A stretch of 64,000 bases of DNA from the NCBI GenBank assembly GCA_046582185.1, contig JAYGEX010000033.1, positions 168 to 64,167 of the forward strand, written 5' to 3'. Below the pieces are notes generated by a model that saw only the letters and a list, made by a program, of their open reading frames with translations, ran no database searches and was not told where the DNA came from. This document shows positions 9,772-19,318 of the stretch, piece by piece; position 1 is the first letter of the stretch; the number at the start of each line of letters is the position of its first letter. A program made the translations under genes and the position numbers. The DNA is from Pseudomonadales bacterium (GTDB lineage Bacteria > Pseudomonadota > Gammaproteobacteria > Pseudomonadales > Azotimanducaceae).

Positions 9772-10092
9772 ATGCCTACAGTAAAGTTCATCGAACATAA
9801 TGGTACTGAACATCTTGTCGAAGGTACCACTGGTGATAGCCTGATGATTATCGCGACCGGCAATCTGATCCCGGGAATTGATGCAGACTGCGGCGGCGAA
9901 TGCTCCTGTGCAACTTGTCATGTATTGATAGATGACACCTGGCTTAAGAAGACTGGCGAAATTTCGGAAACGGAAAGCTCCATGCTGGACCTGAACCCGG
10001 ACCGTACCGCTAATTCCCGACTAAGCTGCCAGATCGACATGACAGAAGAGCTTGACGGCATCGTCATTCAACTGCCGGAATTCCAGTACTAA
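9772..10092 (+). CDS. 2Fe-2S ferredoxin (putidaredoxin/adrenodoxin type)
   Basis: 106 aa with CGGECSCATCHV...C cluster ligands. GGAG lies 10 nt upstream of the ATG. Confidence 0.9.
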   Translation: MPTVKFIEHNGTEHLVEGTTGDSLMIIATGNLIPGIDADCGGECSCATCHVLIDDTWLKKTGEISETESSMLDLNPDRTANSRLSCQIDMTEELDGIVIQLPEFQY

Positions 10093-10188
10093 AAGCACTT
10101 GCATCAGCAGCATCTATTTAAGAAGTACCGCAAACAGTTTGATATTCAGAACCAGTTCTAAATGTCAGCAAATTATTGAGGACACATC

Positions 10189-11451
10189 ATGAGTGAAGCA
10201 GCAATCGAAAAGTTTGATCTGGCGACATCCGATCCCTGGTCCGTTCCCCTGGATCAGATCAATATGAGCGACCCTACCCTATTCCAGACAGATACGCTCT
10301 GGGGATATTTCGAGAGATTAAGAAAAGAAGATCCCGTTCACTTTTGCAAAGAAAGTATGTTTGGCCCGTATTGGTCAATCACCAAGTTCAACGACATCAT
10401 GCAGGTCGATAAGAATCATACGGCCTTCTCGTCTGAATCCGGAATTACGCTGCCCGATCGCCAGGCGGATTTTACGACGCCCAACTTCATATCCATGGAT
10501 CCACCCAAGCATGATGTACAGCGCAAGGCGGTGACCAAGGTGGTTGCGCCATTCAATCTGGCCAAAATGGAACCTTTGATTCGCTCACGTATGGGCGTCA
10601 TCCTCGACAGTCTCCCGGTTGGCGAGGCTTTCAACTGGGTTGATCTCGTCTCTGTGGAACTGACCACACAAATGCTTGCAACACTATTTGATTTTCCCTT
10701 TGAAGAGAGACGCAAGCTGACCTATTGGTCCGACATGGCAACCAGCGGTGAACTCAACGGTGGCCCGACTCCTGAGCCAGTCCGTCGCGCAGCCTTACTG
10801 GAATGCCTTGAAGTATTCACCAAGCTCTGGAACGAACGCATCAACAAAGATCCGAGTGAGGACATCGATCTCATTTCAATGATGGCTCATAATCCCGATA
10901 CGCAAAATATGGATCCGATGGAATATCTGGGCAATATCATTCTGTTAATTGTTGGCGGAAATGACACAACCAGAAACTCAATGACCGGCGGCGTCTATTT
11001 CCTTAATAAATTTCCTAAAGAATACGACAAGCTTCGCGCCAACCCCGCGCTTATTCCCAAGATGGTGCCGGAGATTATTCGCTACCAGACACCGCTGGCT
11101 TATATGCGCAGAACGGCGCTGGAAGACATCGTTATCGGCGGCAAGACCATCAAGAAAGGCGACAAGGTTGTGATGTGGTATGTGTCCGGAAACCGGGACG
11201 ATGAAGTTATCGACAAGCCCGACGAATTCATCATCGACAGGGATAACCCCAGACATCATTTGTCATTCGGATTTGGCATCCATCGCTGCATGGGTAATAG
11301 GCTGGCAGAAATGCAGTTACGCGTCGCCTGGGAAGAAATCCTGAAGCGCTTCGAACGAGTAGAAGTGCTTGAAGAACCTGTCAGGGTGCAATCAAGTTTT
11401 GTTAAAGGATATTCGGAGTTAATGGTCCGGGTTCACCCACATCAGTCATAG
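10189..11451 (+). CDS. cytochrome P450, CYP153-like (terminal alkane hydroxylase family)
   Basis: Heme loop HLSFGFGIHRCMGNRLAE, I-helix LLIVGGNDTTRNS, EIIRYQTP (ExxR). The N-terminus (DP.LF..D..W.YFERLRKEDPVH...GPYWSITKFNDI) matches my memory of CYP153A proteins. Fdx, FdR and AraC are neighbours. Confidence 0.85.
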   Translation: MSEAAIEKFDLATSDPWSVPLDQINMSDPTLFQTDTLWGYFERLRKEDPVHFCKESMFGPYWSITKFNDIMQVDKNHTAFSSESGITLPDRQADFTTPNFISMDPPKHDVQRKAVTKVVAPFNLAKMEPLIRSRMGVILDSLPVGEAFNWVDLVSVELTTQMLATLFDFPFEERRKLTYWSDMATSGELNGGPTPEPVRRAALLECLEVFTKLWNERINKDPSEDIDLISMMAHNPDTQNMDPMEYLGNIILLIVGGNDTTRNSMTGGVYFLNKFPKEYDKLRANPALIPKMVPEIIRYQTPLAYMRRTALEDIVIGGKTIKKGDKVVMWYVSGNRDDEVIDKPDEFIIDRDNPRHHLSFGFGIHRCMGNRLAEMQLRVAWEEILKRFERVEVLEEPVRVQSSFVKGYSELMVRVHPHQS

Positions 11452-11507
11452 CTCGTATTGAAATAGCCTGTGTAGGAATAGCTTGTGCAGGATTAGCTCG
11501 TGTAGAA
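11448..11507. repeat. 15-bp imperfect tandem repeat x4 starting at the P450 stop codon
   Basis: ATAGCTCGTATTGAA / ATAGCCTGTGTAGGA / ATAGCTTGTGCAGGA / TTAGCTCGTGTAGAA. Confidence 0.85.
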
Positions 11508-11556
11508 AAAGTCACGTCTAGCAAGTTTCAGCTAAATGTAATGCTTGAGCTAACAA

Positions 11557-11588
11557 AAAAGAGCCCGCTTCATATAGCGGTTTTTTTT
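11557..11588 (+). terminator. Rho-independent (possibly bidirectional) terminator after the P450 operon
   Basis: AAAAAAGAGCCCGCT-TCATAT-AGCGGTTTTTTTT. A CCGCT/AGCGG stem, extendable through A/T pairing, is followed by T8. Confidence 0.6.
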
Positions 11589-11660
11589 GAACAGGCATTT
11601 TTGTGGACGGGCTTAGGGTTTATCATGCACATTTTGTAATTCGATACCCTGCGTTCAGGC

Positions 11661-11846
11661 ATGCGACGATTCAAACTATTCCATCAGACAGTCTACGATT
11701 TCCAGAGTGAGGTGAATCTCGGCGCGCATAAATTACTGCTGCGCCCGAGGGAAGGTCACGACATTAGAATTGAGAGCTCCTCACTAAAGATTTCACCCTC
11801 CGCAACGGTCAAATGGCATAGAGATGAGCTGGACAACTCTGTGGCA
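11661..11846 (+). pseudogene. N-terminal ~62-codon remnant of a transglutaminase-N-domain (Bact_transglu_N type) gene
   Basis: MRRFKLFHQTVYDFQSEVNLGAHKLLLRPREGHDIRIESSSLKISP...RDELDNSVA follows the M.l.i.H.T.Y.Y...V....H.LRL.PR... pattern. Recognisable homology stops at about 11846, where the opposite-strand gene begins. Confidence 0.55.
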
Positions 11847-12454
11847 TCGCGCCCATACGCAATGGATACTCTCCCTCCCGTTAGATGATCCTGGCTTGGA
11901 TCAAAGGTATACCAGCGATCTCCAACATAGGCCTCGAACCATGCATGTAAATCCATTGGCTCGAGGCCATGGAGATACTCCACGACCATGCGCGCCGGAA
12001 TGCTACTGGTGCCCGGCGCATAGGGAATATTGCCGCGAATCCAGTCGCATATTGACTGTACCTGGTCATAACCAAGCATAGACCCAGTCACGATCTGCCT
12101 GGCCGCTTCTCCTAATCTATCGGACTCACAGTAACGGGTAGGCACCAGGTAGCTCAATACTGATTCTGGCAATTCCTGCACGTTAATGAAAGGCGCACCA
12201 GGTGCTACGTCCATGGCATCCGCTGTCTCAACTTCCGCGGTGGTATTAATCTTGAATACACCAGCTGGCGCTAACAGCCGCTGGCACAGATTACCAAAAA
12301 TATCAGGATATTCCAGCACTTTGACCGGTTCAGAGAATGTATACTCCTCGCGCGAAACCCACTGGGAGGCGCCGCTTTGCGGGCGAAGTATAAGAATTAG
12401 AGGCGTCGTTACAGAGAGATGTAGTTCCAGATTACAGCTTGCACGAATCCTCAT
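11756..12454 (-). pseudogene. transglutaminase-like family gene, apparently missing the catalytic-Cys segment and its native C-terminus
   Basis: MRIRASCNLELH...YPDIFGNLCQRLLAP...TRYCESDRLG...ICDWIRGNIPYAPGTSS|IPARMVVEY...HAWFEAYVGDRWYTFDP...GRDAT. The expected ~25 aa (..GVCRDFAHL....) between GTSS and IPAR is absent. The last 27 codons are antisense to the + strand remnant. Confidence 0.5.
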
Positions 12455-12692
12455 GGCTGAAATTAAACGCCCGTCGAGCAAAAGATGAAGAATACCCCAT
12501 GCTCCAATAGAATGGAGCGATATTCAGTTCAAGGGAGGCTATAGATCACTGTGAATGGCATGCGGGGACTATTAACTGGCTCAAGGTGATCATTTTTCCT
12601 TCTGCGCTGTCTTAAATTTATGCACCAACAACGCCCATACTTACTTTATCGGTATTTACCGTACGTAAAGGGACTTCAACATCGGAATTATC

Positions 12693-13067
12693 ATGCGCGG
12701 CCTCTTAATCATGATCATCACTTTGCTCAGCTTTCCTGCCGCGGCGGTAGAGCAAAGTGATGACCTCGATCGTGGCATTTCCCGTTTGATTCATTCGGTG
12801 GAGCAATCCGATTGCCAGTTTATTCGTAACGGCAAAGCTTATTCCCCAAGGGAATCGGCCAACCATATCACAAGGAAGTACCAACACTACAAGAACAAGA
12901 TCAACTCAATAGAAAGATTCATTGAGCTTGCTGCAAGCAAGAGCGTAATAAGCGGGCGGCCCTATCAGATCGTTTGTGTAGAATCCGATCCAATATCTGC
13001 CTCCAGCTGGATGCGAATTAAAACCAGGGAGTTAGGGCTTTCATTAAGGAGAGACTCAGCAAGATGA
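12693..13067 (+). CDS. DUF5329-family secreted protein
   Basis: Signal peptide, then I.RLIHSVEQSDCQFIRNGKAYSPRESANHITRKYQHY...IERFIELAASKSVISGRPYQIVC, as I recall for DUF5329. Confidence 0.55.
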   Translation: MRGLLIMIITLLSFPAAAVEQSDDLDRGISRLIHSVEQSDCQFIRNGKAYSPRESANHITRKYQHYKNKINSIERFIELAASKSVISGRPYQIVCVESDPISASSWMRIKTRELGLSLRRDSAR

Positions 13068-13918
13068 ATCACCTGTACAAAATAGCGATTCAATTGATGT
13101 TTACGCCATTCCTGGCAATGGCAAACCCTGCGTATGCAGATGAGTCAGAGGAACTTAATGGCGTGCTCCTGATGACGCTAAATGTTGCCCACGCTCGTGC
13201 GACAGGTGTTTCTCAATTACTGCAATCCTCCAATACAGCGAGATCCAACCTCCTAGCCATCGCCGACACCATCATCCGCGAACAAGCTGACATTGTCGCA
13301 TTTCAAGAAATTGACAAAGACTCTTTCTGGAATGGCAAATTTAATCACGGCCAGTATCTCGCTGATAAAACAAAACTGGACAGCTTCTACATTGGATCTC
13401 ACCAACGCGGCATTCAATTGGACTACGGTACCGGCCTCATGAGTCGATATCAGCTGACAGATTCAAAATCGACAACCTTTGAAAAGCCGTTCGCTCGACC
13501 CAGTAAAGGATTTGTGATTTCAACGATCAAATGGCCCGAAGACGATTCGCCCGAAAAAAGGGAAATTGAAGTGGATCTGGTCTCCCTGCATCTCGATTTT
13601 CTCTCCCACGAGGAACGGCACAGCGAACTGGACACGCTGACAAAATTCCTGGCATCGAGGAATAATCTGCGCATCATCATGGGGGACTTTAATATGGAAT
13701 ATAAGGAGCAACATGACTTGATCCCCGAGATCGCGTCGAAACTCGGATTGCATACATGGTTGCCTGACGAGGATGACCTGGTTACCTATCAAAGGACAGG
13801 CAAGCGACTGGATTGGGTATTGGTATCAACCGCATTTGAGATCATCGAGCACAGGGTTCTTGACGACGCCCTGTCAGATCACCAGGCGGTATTAGTTAAA
13901 GTCTCCCTTTTAAAATAA
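13064..13918 (+). CDS. endonuclease/exonuclease/phosphatase (EEP) family protein, secreted
   Basis: ATGA overlap with the upstream gene and a signal peptide. EEP motifs LMTLNVAH, DIVAFQEID, IIMGDFN, LSDHQAV. Confidence 0.8.
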   Translation: MNHLYKIAIQLMFTPFLAMANPAYADESEELNGVLLMTLNVAHARATGVSQLLQSSNTARSNLLAIADTIIREQADIVAFQEIDKDSFWNGKFNHGQYLADKTKLDSFYIGSHQRGIQLDYGTGLMSRYQLTDSKSTTFEKPFARPSKGFVISTIKWPEDDSPEKREIEVDLVSLHLDFLSHEERHSELDTLTKFLASRNNLRIIMGDFNMEYKEQHDLIPEIASKLGLHTWLPDEDDLVTYQRTGKRLDWVLVSTAFEIIEHRVLDDALSDHQAVLVKVSLLK

Positions 13919-13946
13919 TGCGCGTTTAAAGTATTTGCGAGCTTAA

Positions 13947-14735
13947 CTAAGCAGAACGTCGGGCAAGAAATTCAGCCACAATCGAATTAAACTCGTCTGG
14001 ACATTCAAAATAGGATGAATGGCCGATACCCTCAAAGGATTTTAGCTCCGAGCCTTCAATCAAGCGGCTGGCTTCAGCGATCGCCGCCGGAGGCATCAGG
14101 ACGTCCATTGAAGCGGTGACAAACAAGGTAGGAATGGAGAAGCCCTTTAGATCTTCTTCTGTGGTTCCCGATCGAGTCCCGCCAATGCCAGAGAGTATTT
14201 TCTCCAGATTAATCGTGACGTTAAAATTGCCCAACTGATTATACAAATTAGCTTTTACCGGATCTTTCTCCGGAAGATCCGCAGCAATCGCCCAACTGCC
14301 AAATGGTTCTGATGCTGGTTGCCGGTCGCTGGCGGCAGCCTTCATACTATCCGTAATCTTATTGTTAGTAATGCCACCCGTAGTGTGGGACATTACCAGC
14401 GCACTAACCCTCTCCGGATACTTCAGTGAAAAGCTGATTCCCGTCCAGCCACCCAGCGACTGACAAACAAGGGCCGTCTTTTCTATCCCGGCATCATCCA
14501 GTATGGCAGCCAGGTCATCAGCAAATTTGCTGCTATGGTAGTCCTCTTCCTTACAATCAGACCTGGCAAAAGCCCGGTGGTCAAAGGTTATCGTTTTATA
14601 ATTCTTACAAAAAAATGGGACCTGCTGATACCAGCTGGCCGCATTACCGCCTGCCCCATGGGCGAAGGTAATCGCACTGCCGTCACCAATTACCTGATAA
14701 TAAAGTTTCGCACCGTTGTGATTAACGTAAGCCAT
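13947..14735 (-). CDS. alpha/beta hydrolase fold protein
   Basis: ITFAHGAGGNAASW near the N-terminus, nucleophile elbow CQSLGGW, C-terminal GIGHSSYFE. Confidence 0.8.
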   Translation of the reverse strand: MAYVNHNGAKLYYQVIGDGSAITFAHGAGGNAASWYQQVPFFCKNYKTITFDHRAFARSDCKEEDYHSSKFADDLAAILDDAGIEKTALVCQSLGGWTGISFSLKYPERVSALVMSHTTGGITNNKITDSMKAAASDRQPASEPFGSWAIAADLPEKDPVKANLYNQLGNFNVTINLEKILSGIGGTRSGTTEEDLKGFSIPTLFVTASMDVLMPPAAIAEASRLIEGSELKSFEGIGHSSYFECPDEFNSIVAEFLARRSA

Positions 14736-14811
14736 CTATTCACCCTTAACTTATCTTCAATTCTGTTTTACACACTTTAGATCCATGCGGCAAACATCGA
14801 GAATCTGGATT

Positions 14812-15681
14812 CTAGATTCTAAGCCCAGCAACAAACTCGTTTATCGCCTCACCAATGTCGTCCGGTGAATCCTCTTGAATAAAATGGCTACCAGCAACGG
14901 TCACTTCTGTGAGATTTGGCCACGAGCGTGCAAACTCGCGCTGTGCCCCAACTAAAAGCGCTCCGGGCTCTGCATTAACAAATAATTTTGGTAGATCAGA
15001 CTGTTTGAGCCAGTCAGCATATTCGGCGACAAGCTTAACGACATCGTTGGGTTGACCGTCCAGCGGTATTTGTCGCGGCCACGTCAGAGTTGGGCGCCGG
15101 TCTTCGCCTTCATTCATAAATGGTGCTCTGTAAACCTGCATGTCTGAGTCAGACAATTCGCCCAGAATCGATCCTGGCAGAACGGCCTCAATAAATAGAT
15201 TCTCCTTCAGAATCATGTCTTCACCGGCAGGAGATCGGAGACCTTCAAAAATTGGCGCCGCATCCTTAGGAAACTCACTCCATGCTAGGGGTCGAACGAT
15301 GCTCTCCATGAACGCGATTCCCTGCATGGCTTCCCTGTGCCGGTTCGCCCAGTCAAAGCCCAAAGCCGAGCCCCAATCATGGATCACTAATATGACGTTT
15401 ACCTCCACATTCAACTTGAATAACAATTCATCAAGATAAGTACGGTGCTCTGCAAATGTATATCGGTCAGGACCACTCTCATCAAGTTTCTCGGAATCCC
15501 CCATGCCAATTAGATCAGGTGCGATGCATCGACCTCTGTTAACGAGGTGAGGCATGACATTCCGCCATAAATAGGATGAGGTTGGATTGCCATGCAAGAA
15601 GACTATCGGGTCTCCCTCGCCCTCCTCTACATACGCCATCTTCTTGCCCAGGACTTCCAGATACTTTTTCTTTAACGTCAC
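14812..15681 (-). CDS. haloalkane dehalogenase (HLD-II, DhaA-like)
   Basis: [21 protein letters not shown], nucleophile motif [14 protein letters not shown]-terminal [11 protein letters not shown]. Confidence 0.85.
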   Translation of the reverse strand: MTLKKKYLEVLGKKMAYVEEGEGDPIVFLHGNPTSSYLWRNVMPHLVNRGRCIAPDLIGMGDSEKLDESGPDRYTFAEHRTYLDELLFKLNVEVNVILVIHDWGSALGFDWANRHREAMQGIAFMESIVRPLAWSEFPKDAAPIFEGLRSPAGEDMILKENLFIEAVLPGSILGELSDSDMQVYRAPFMNEGEDRRPTLTWPRQIPLDGQPNDVVKLVAEYADWLKQSDLPKLFVNAEPGALLVGAQREFARSWPNLTEVTVAGSHFIQEDSPDDIGEAINEFVAGLRI

Positions 15682-15846
15682 GGTAATTCACTCCTTTAAT
15701 TAATACGTATAAGTATGCCCTGGGCGTCGATCATAAGAACCGGAGGCAGCTTAATTCGGTTCTATATCTCAGCTATAATGTGCCCTTTCAGATATCAGCA
15801 GTCAATGGCTGCCTTCCGGCACGCCCCATCTCGCTGATAGGAATCC

Positions 15847-17106
15847 ATGAATCCCACTATGACAGAGCACAATATCACCGAGAACAAAAGCGCTGACCAC
15901 AGTATCACTGCGCAAAGTATCAGACAGGCGCATCAATTGGTCTCGCCGAATCTCACCTCCACGCCGCTCATCGTCTCTCATACTTTATCGGATATGTGTG
16001 GCTGCGAAACCCTGTTCAAACTTGAAAATTTACAAATGACCGGCTCCTTTAAGGAAAGGGGCGCACTCAACAAGCTGGAGAGTTTGACTAGCGATGAAAG
16101 AGCACGTGGCGTTATAGCCGCAAGTGCGGGAAACCATGGACAGGCAGTCGCCTATCATGCTCGGCGAATGGGTATATCCACCAAGATCATCATGCCGAAG
16201 CACAGCCCTCTGATCAAAGTTCGCTCCACAGAGCATTGGGGGGCGGAAGTTATTCTTGAGGGCGACACCTTCGATGATGCTTACGCTCACTCGCAGCATA
16301 TCGCAAAGCAGGAGCATCGTGTCTATCTACATCCATTCGATGATCGATATGTGATTGAAGGACAGGGAACCGTTGCCATTGATATCCTGGAGCACCCACT
16401 GGCAAGCGACATTGATGCCATTCTGGTACCGGTTGGCGGCGGAGGATTAATTTCAGGTGTTGCGATCTATGCCAAGGCTGTTAATCCTGACATCAAAATT
16501 ATTGGTGTCGAAGAAACCAGTTGCGATGCCATGCATCAGTCCCTACAGTCAGGTCAGGTCATCAAATTACCGGCCGCCCCCATCATCGCAGATGGCATCG
16601 CAGTACGCGAAGTCGCCCCAGGAAATCTTGCAACAGTTAACCGACTAGTAGATGAAATGGTTCAGGTGACGAGCGACGAGATTGCAAATGCTGTGATGTT
16701 AATGCTCGAAATCGAAAAACTTGCCATAGAAGGGGCTGCGGCTGTCACCCTCGCTGCGCTTCTCAATCGACGATTACCACAGCTGATTAACAAGAAAGTC
16801 GTGTCCATCATTTCTGGAGGCAATATTGATGTGAATCTCATCTCCAAGATCATCAATCGCGGCCTGACTTTTGATGGGCGAATAGTAACTCTAAATTCCA
16901 TGATAATAGACCGGCCCGGGGCTCTGGAACGCATGCTGAAAATATTCAGTGAGGCTGGTGCAAATGTTCTGGAAGTTCATCACCATCGATATTCCGGAGC
17001 GGCACCTATTGGAGAGATTGGTGTATCAATTACCATCGAGACGAGAAACGAGGATCACATCGGGCAGATCAAGAAACTGCTGCTTAAGGGTGGCTACGCA
17101 ATCTAA
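15847..17106 (+). CDS. ilvA: threonine ammonia-lyase (threonine dehydratase) with one C-terminal ACT-like domain
   Basis: PLP lysine motif LQMTGSFKERGALNKL, AASAGNHGQAVAY, VPVGGGGLISG, and a ~80-aa C-terminal regulatory domain. Confidence 0.85.
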   Translation: MNPTMTEHNITENKSADHSITAQSIRQAHQLVSPNLTSTPLIVSHTLSDMCGCETLFKLENLQMTGSFKERGALNKLESLTSDERARGVIAASAGNHGQAVAYHARRMGISTKIIMPKHSPLIKVRSTEHWGAEVILEGDTFDDAYAHSQHIAKQEHRVYLHPFDDRYVIEGQGTVAIDILEHPLASDIDAILVPVGGGGLISGVAIYAKAVNPDIKIIGVEETSCDAMHQSLQSGQVIKLPAAPIIADGIAVREVAPGNLATVNRLVDEMVQVTSDEIANAVMLMLEIEKLAIEGAAAVTLAALLNRRLPQLINKKVVSIISGGNIDVNLISKIINRGLTFDGRIVTLNSMIIDRPGALERMLKIFSEAGANVLEVHHHRYSGAAPIGEIGVSITIETRNEDHIGQIKKLLLKGGYAI

Positions 17107-17128
17107 GCTCCTAAGTAAGATCTTATGA

Positions 17129-17524
17129 TCAGGAAGGCGCACTCACGATGAAATGGATCTTGTCAAATTGGAGGCGATCACCTTCTTTAAGCTTAACCTC
17201 TTCAATCTTTTCGGCATTCACGAAGGTACCATTGACCGAACCCAGATCCCTGATAATCAAGTCGTCACCAACCAATTCAAGTTCCGCATGTTTGCGTGAC
17301 AGCGCAGGTTCAAGGATGGAAATGTCACATTCCAGTGCACGACCAATTTCAACGCGATCCATAATAGCAATGACCTGCCCTTTCTCTGGCCCGGAACCCG
17401 CGACTAAAGACCAGCCACCAGTACCAAGTTCCATAAGTGCGGTTCCCGAGAGCACGAGCGTTTTGGCTCCCCTTGACACATCATCTTCGAGGATTTCAAG
17501 TTCGACGCCCTGAATTGTGATCAC
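17129..17524 (-). CDS. FHA domain-containing protein
   Basis: IGRALECDISILEPALSRKHAELELVGDDLIIRDLGSVNGTFVNAEKI is a canonical FHA core. GTG start in a GTGA overlap with the upstream gene. Confidence 0.8.
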   Translation of the reverse strand: MITIQGVELEILEDDVSRGAKTLVLSGTALMELGTGGWSLVAGSGPEKGQVIAIMDRVEIGRALECDISILEPALSRKHAELELVGDDLIIRDLGSVNGTFVNAEKIEEVKLKEGDRLQFDKIHFIVSAPS

Positions 17525-17769
17525 GTCGCCGGCCCGTTGGTAACGGACCCGAAAATTTTATCCCCGTTTACGCTGGTCCCCGAAGCCCTATTTATATCGG
17601 TAATGGTAACCCGATCGACTTCCACCTTAAGGTCGGCATGGAAGCCATTGACGCCAACCTCATTAATATTAATATCGTTAGCTTCACCATTGCCCACGGT
17701 CTTGCCTGGCTCAACCAGGGAGATCGGATCTGATCTGCCGTCCTTGAATTGGATCTTGAGCATCAACAA
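17521..17769 (-). CDS. small FHA-like domain protein
   Basis: 82 aa. VGNGEANDININEVGVNGFHADLKVEVDRVTITDINRASGTSVNGDKI is an FHA-like core with the S..H replaced by NGFH. Confidence 0.6.
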   Translation of the reverse strand: MLMLKIQFKDGRSDPISLVEPGKTVGNGEANDININEVGVNGFHADLKVEVDRVTITDINRASGTSVNGDKIFGSVTNGPAT

Positions 17770-18009
17770 GGTCCTTGTCTAAGATTTTCAATGAGTTACT
17801 GTATAGAATTAACCTAGATTACAGAGTGTTACCATGTTTGTAGAGATAGACATCACTACTAAAAAATGATTGGAAAAGACCCCTTTCATAGCTGAAAAAT
17901 ATCATTCGATTATCCGTCCATAGATTTAAGCGCGTCTTGCCTGTACACTTTTTATTCATGTCTTCAGATTCTCGTGCTAAATAGGCTGTGAGAAGAAGAG
18001 CTGTGTAAA

Positions 18010-18729
18010 ATGAGCGACGAAACAGACAACAATCAGGAACCCTTATCAGCAAGGTTAATCAGCCTTTGGGGTGAATGGCGCTCGCTGATTATTTTCATCG
18101 TAGTCATGGTTCTCTTTCGATCAGCGGTGGCAGATTGGAACCAGGTGCCAACAGGATCAATGAAACCAACCATTCTGGAAGGCGATCGTGTGGTCGTAAA
18201 CAAGCTTGCTTACGACTTAAAGATACCATTTACCACCTGGCACCTAACGGAGTGGGCTGACCCAAGTCGCGGAGAAATAGTCACATTCTACTCACCAGAC
18301 GATGAAAAATTACTGATCAAGCGCGTCATCGGCATCCCTGGGGATGTTGTTTCGATGCGCAACAATCAACTGTTTATCAACCAGGAACCAGCCACCTATT
18401 CCCGTCTTGATGATGACATAGTGAATCAGCTGGACGCATACCAGCAGCGGCGCCATGCATTCTTTTTCGAGCACTACCAGGACGTAAGCCATCCCGTCAT
18501 GCTTCGTCCGGCCCCACCCAATAGCTACAATAGCTTCGGCCCTATTGAGATCCCCGATGGTTATTACATGATGCTTGGCGATAATCGAGACAACAGTCGT
18601 GATTCCCGCCGCATAGGATTAGTTGAGCGAGCCCGAATTACCGGGCGCGCCCACACAATCGCATTCTCGGTAGACTACGAAGATTTTTACCTACCCAGAA
18701 CAGACCGCTTTATTCGCTCTCTGCAATAA
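18010..18729 (+). CDS. lepB: signal peptidase I
   Basis: TM segment, then GSMKPTILEGDRVVVNK (catalytic Ser box), LIKRVIGIPGD (Lys box), GDNRDNSRDSR. Confidence 0.95.
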   Translation: MSDETDNNQEPLSARLISLWGEWRSLIIFIVVMVLFRSAVADWNQVPTGSMKPTILEGDRVVVNKLAYDLKIPFTTWHLTEWADPSRGEIVTFYSPDDEKLLIKRVIGIPGDVVSMRNNQLFINQEPATYSRLDDDIVNQLDAYQQRRHAFFFEHYQDVSHPVMLRPAPPNSYNSFGPIEIPDGYYMMLGDNRDNSRDSRRIGLVERARITGRAHTIAFSVDYEDFYLPRTDRFIRSLQ

Positions 18730-18775
18730 GCATCAAACGCCCTACCCCTATTGGCATACACGAACAGGCCCAAGC

Positions 18776-19318
18776 TTGAATAGAATTGAACTTGCCAGAC
18801 AGATCTACAAAATTTCCCACATTACAGGTCACTTTACTCTCCGATCGGGGGCAACCAGCTCCGAGTATTTCGATAAATACCTATTCGAGGCAAATCCTGA
18901 GACCTTGCTCAGCATCGCAGAGCAGATGAAGGAGTCGCTCTATCCAGGCTTGTTTCGTGATACTCAGTTTCTTGCAGGTCTCGAAATGGGTGGGATTCCG
19001 GTGGTCACGATGCTCTCTCAAGTCACCCTGATACCAGCTCTATTCGTTCGCAAGACAGCAAAGACTCATGGCACCATGAAACTTGCTGAAGGTGAGACAT
19101 TCGATGGCGCAAGGGTGGTTGTGGTGGAGGATGTGGTCTCATCCGGAGGGCAAATTAATCTCTCCACCAAGGATCTTCGCGACAGGGGAGCCATCGTGAC
19201 CGATGCCGTCTGCGTCATCGATCGCGAGTCTGGCGGCCGCGAAAGTCTTGCTCGTGACGGCATCGAATTACATGCTTTATTTACGATGAGCGAACTCAAA
19301 GATTCAGTATCAGCTTAG
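18776..19318 (+). CDS. orotate phosphoribosyltransferase-like PRTase (short type), TTG start
   Basis: FTLRSGATSSEYFDKY, PRPP loop VVVVEDVVSSGGQ. Confidence 0.7.
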   Translation: MNRIELARQIYKISHITGHFTLRSGATSSEYFDKYLFEANPETLLSIAEQMKESLYPGLFRDTQFLAGLEMGGIPVVTMLSQVTLIPALFVRKTAKTHGTMKLAEGETFDGARVVVVEDVVSSGGQINLSTKDLRDRGAIVTDAVCVIDRESGGRESLARDGIELHALFTMSELKDSVSA

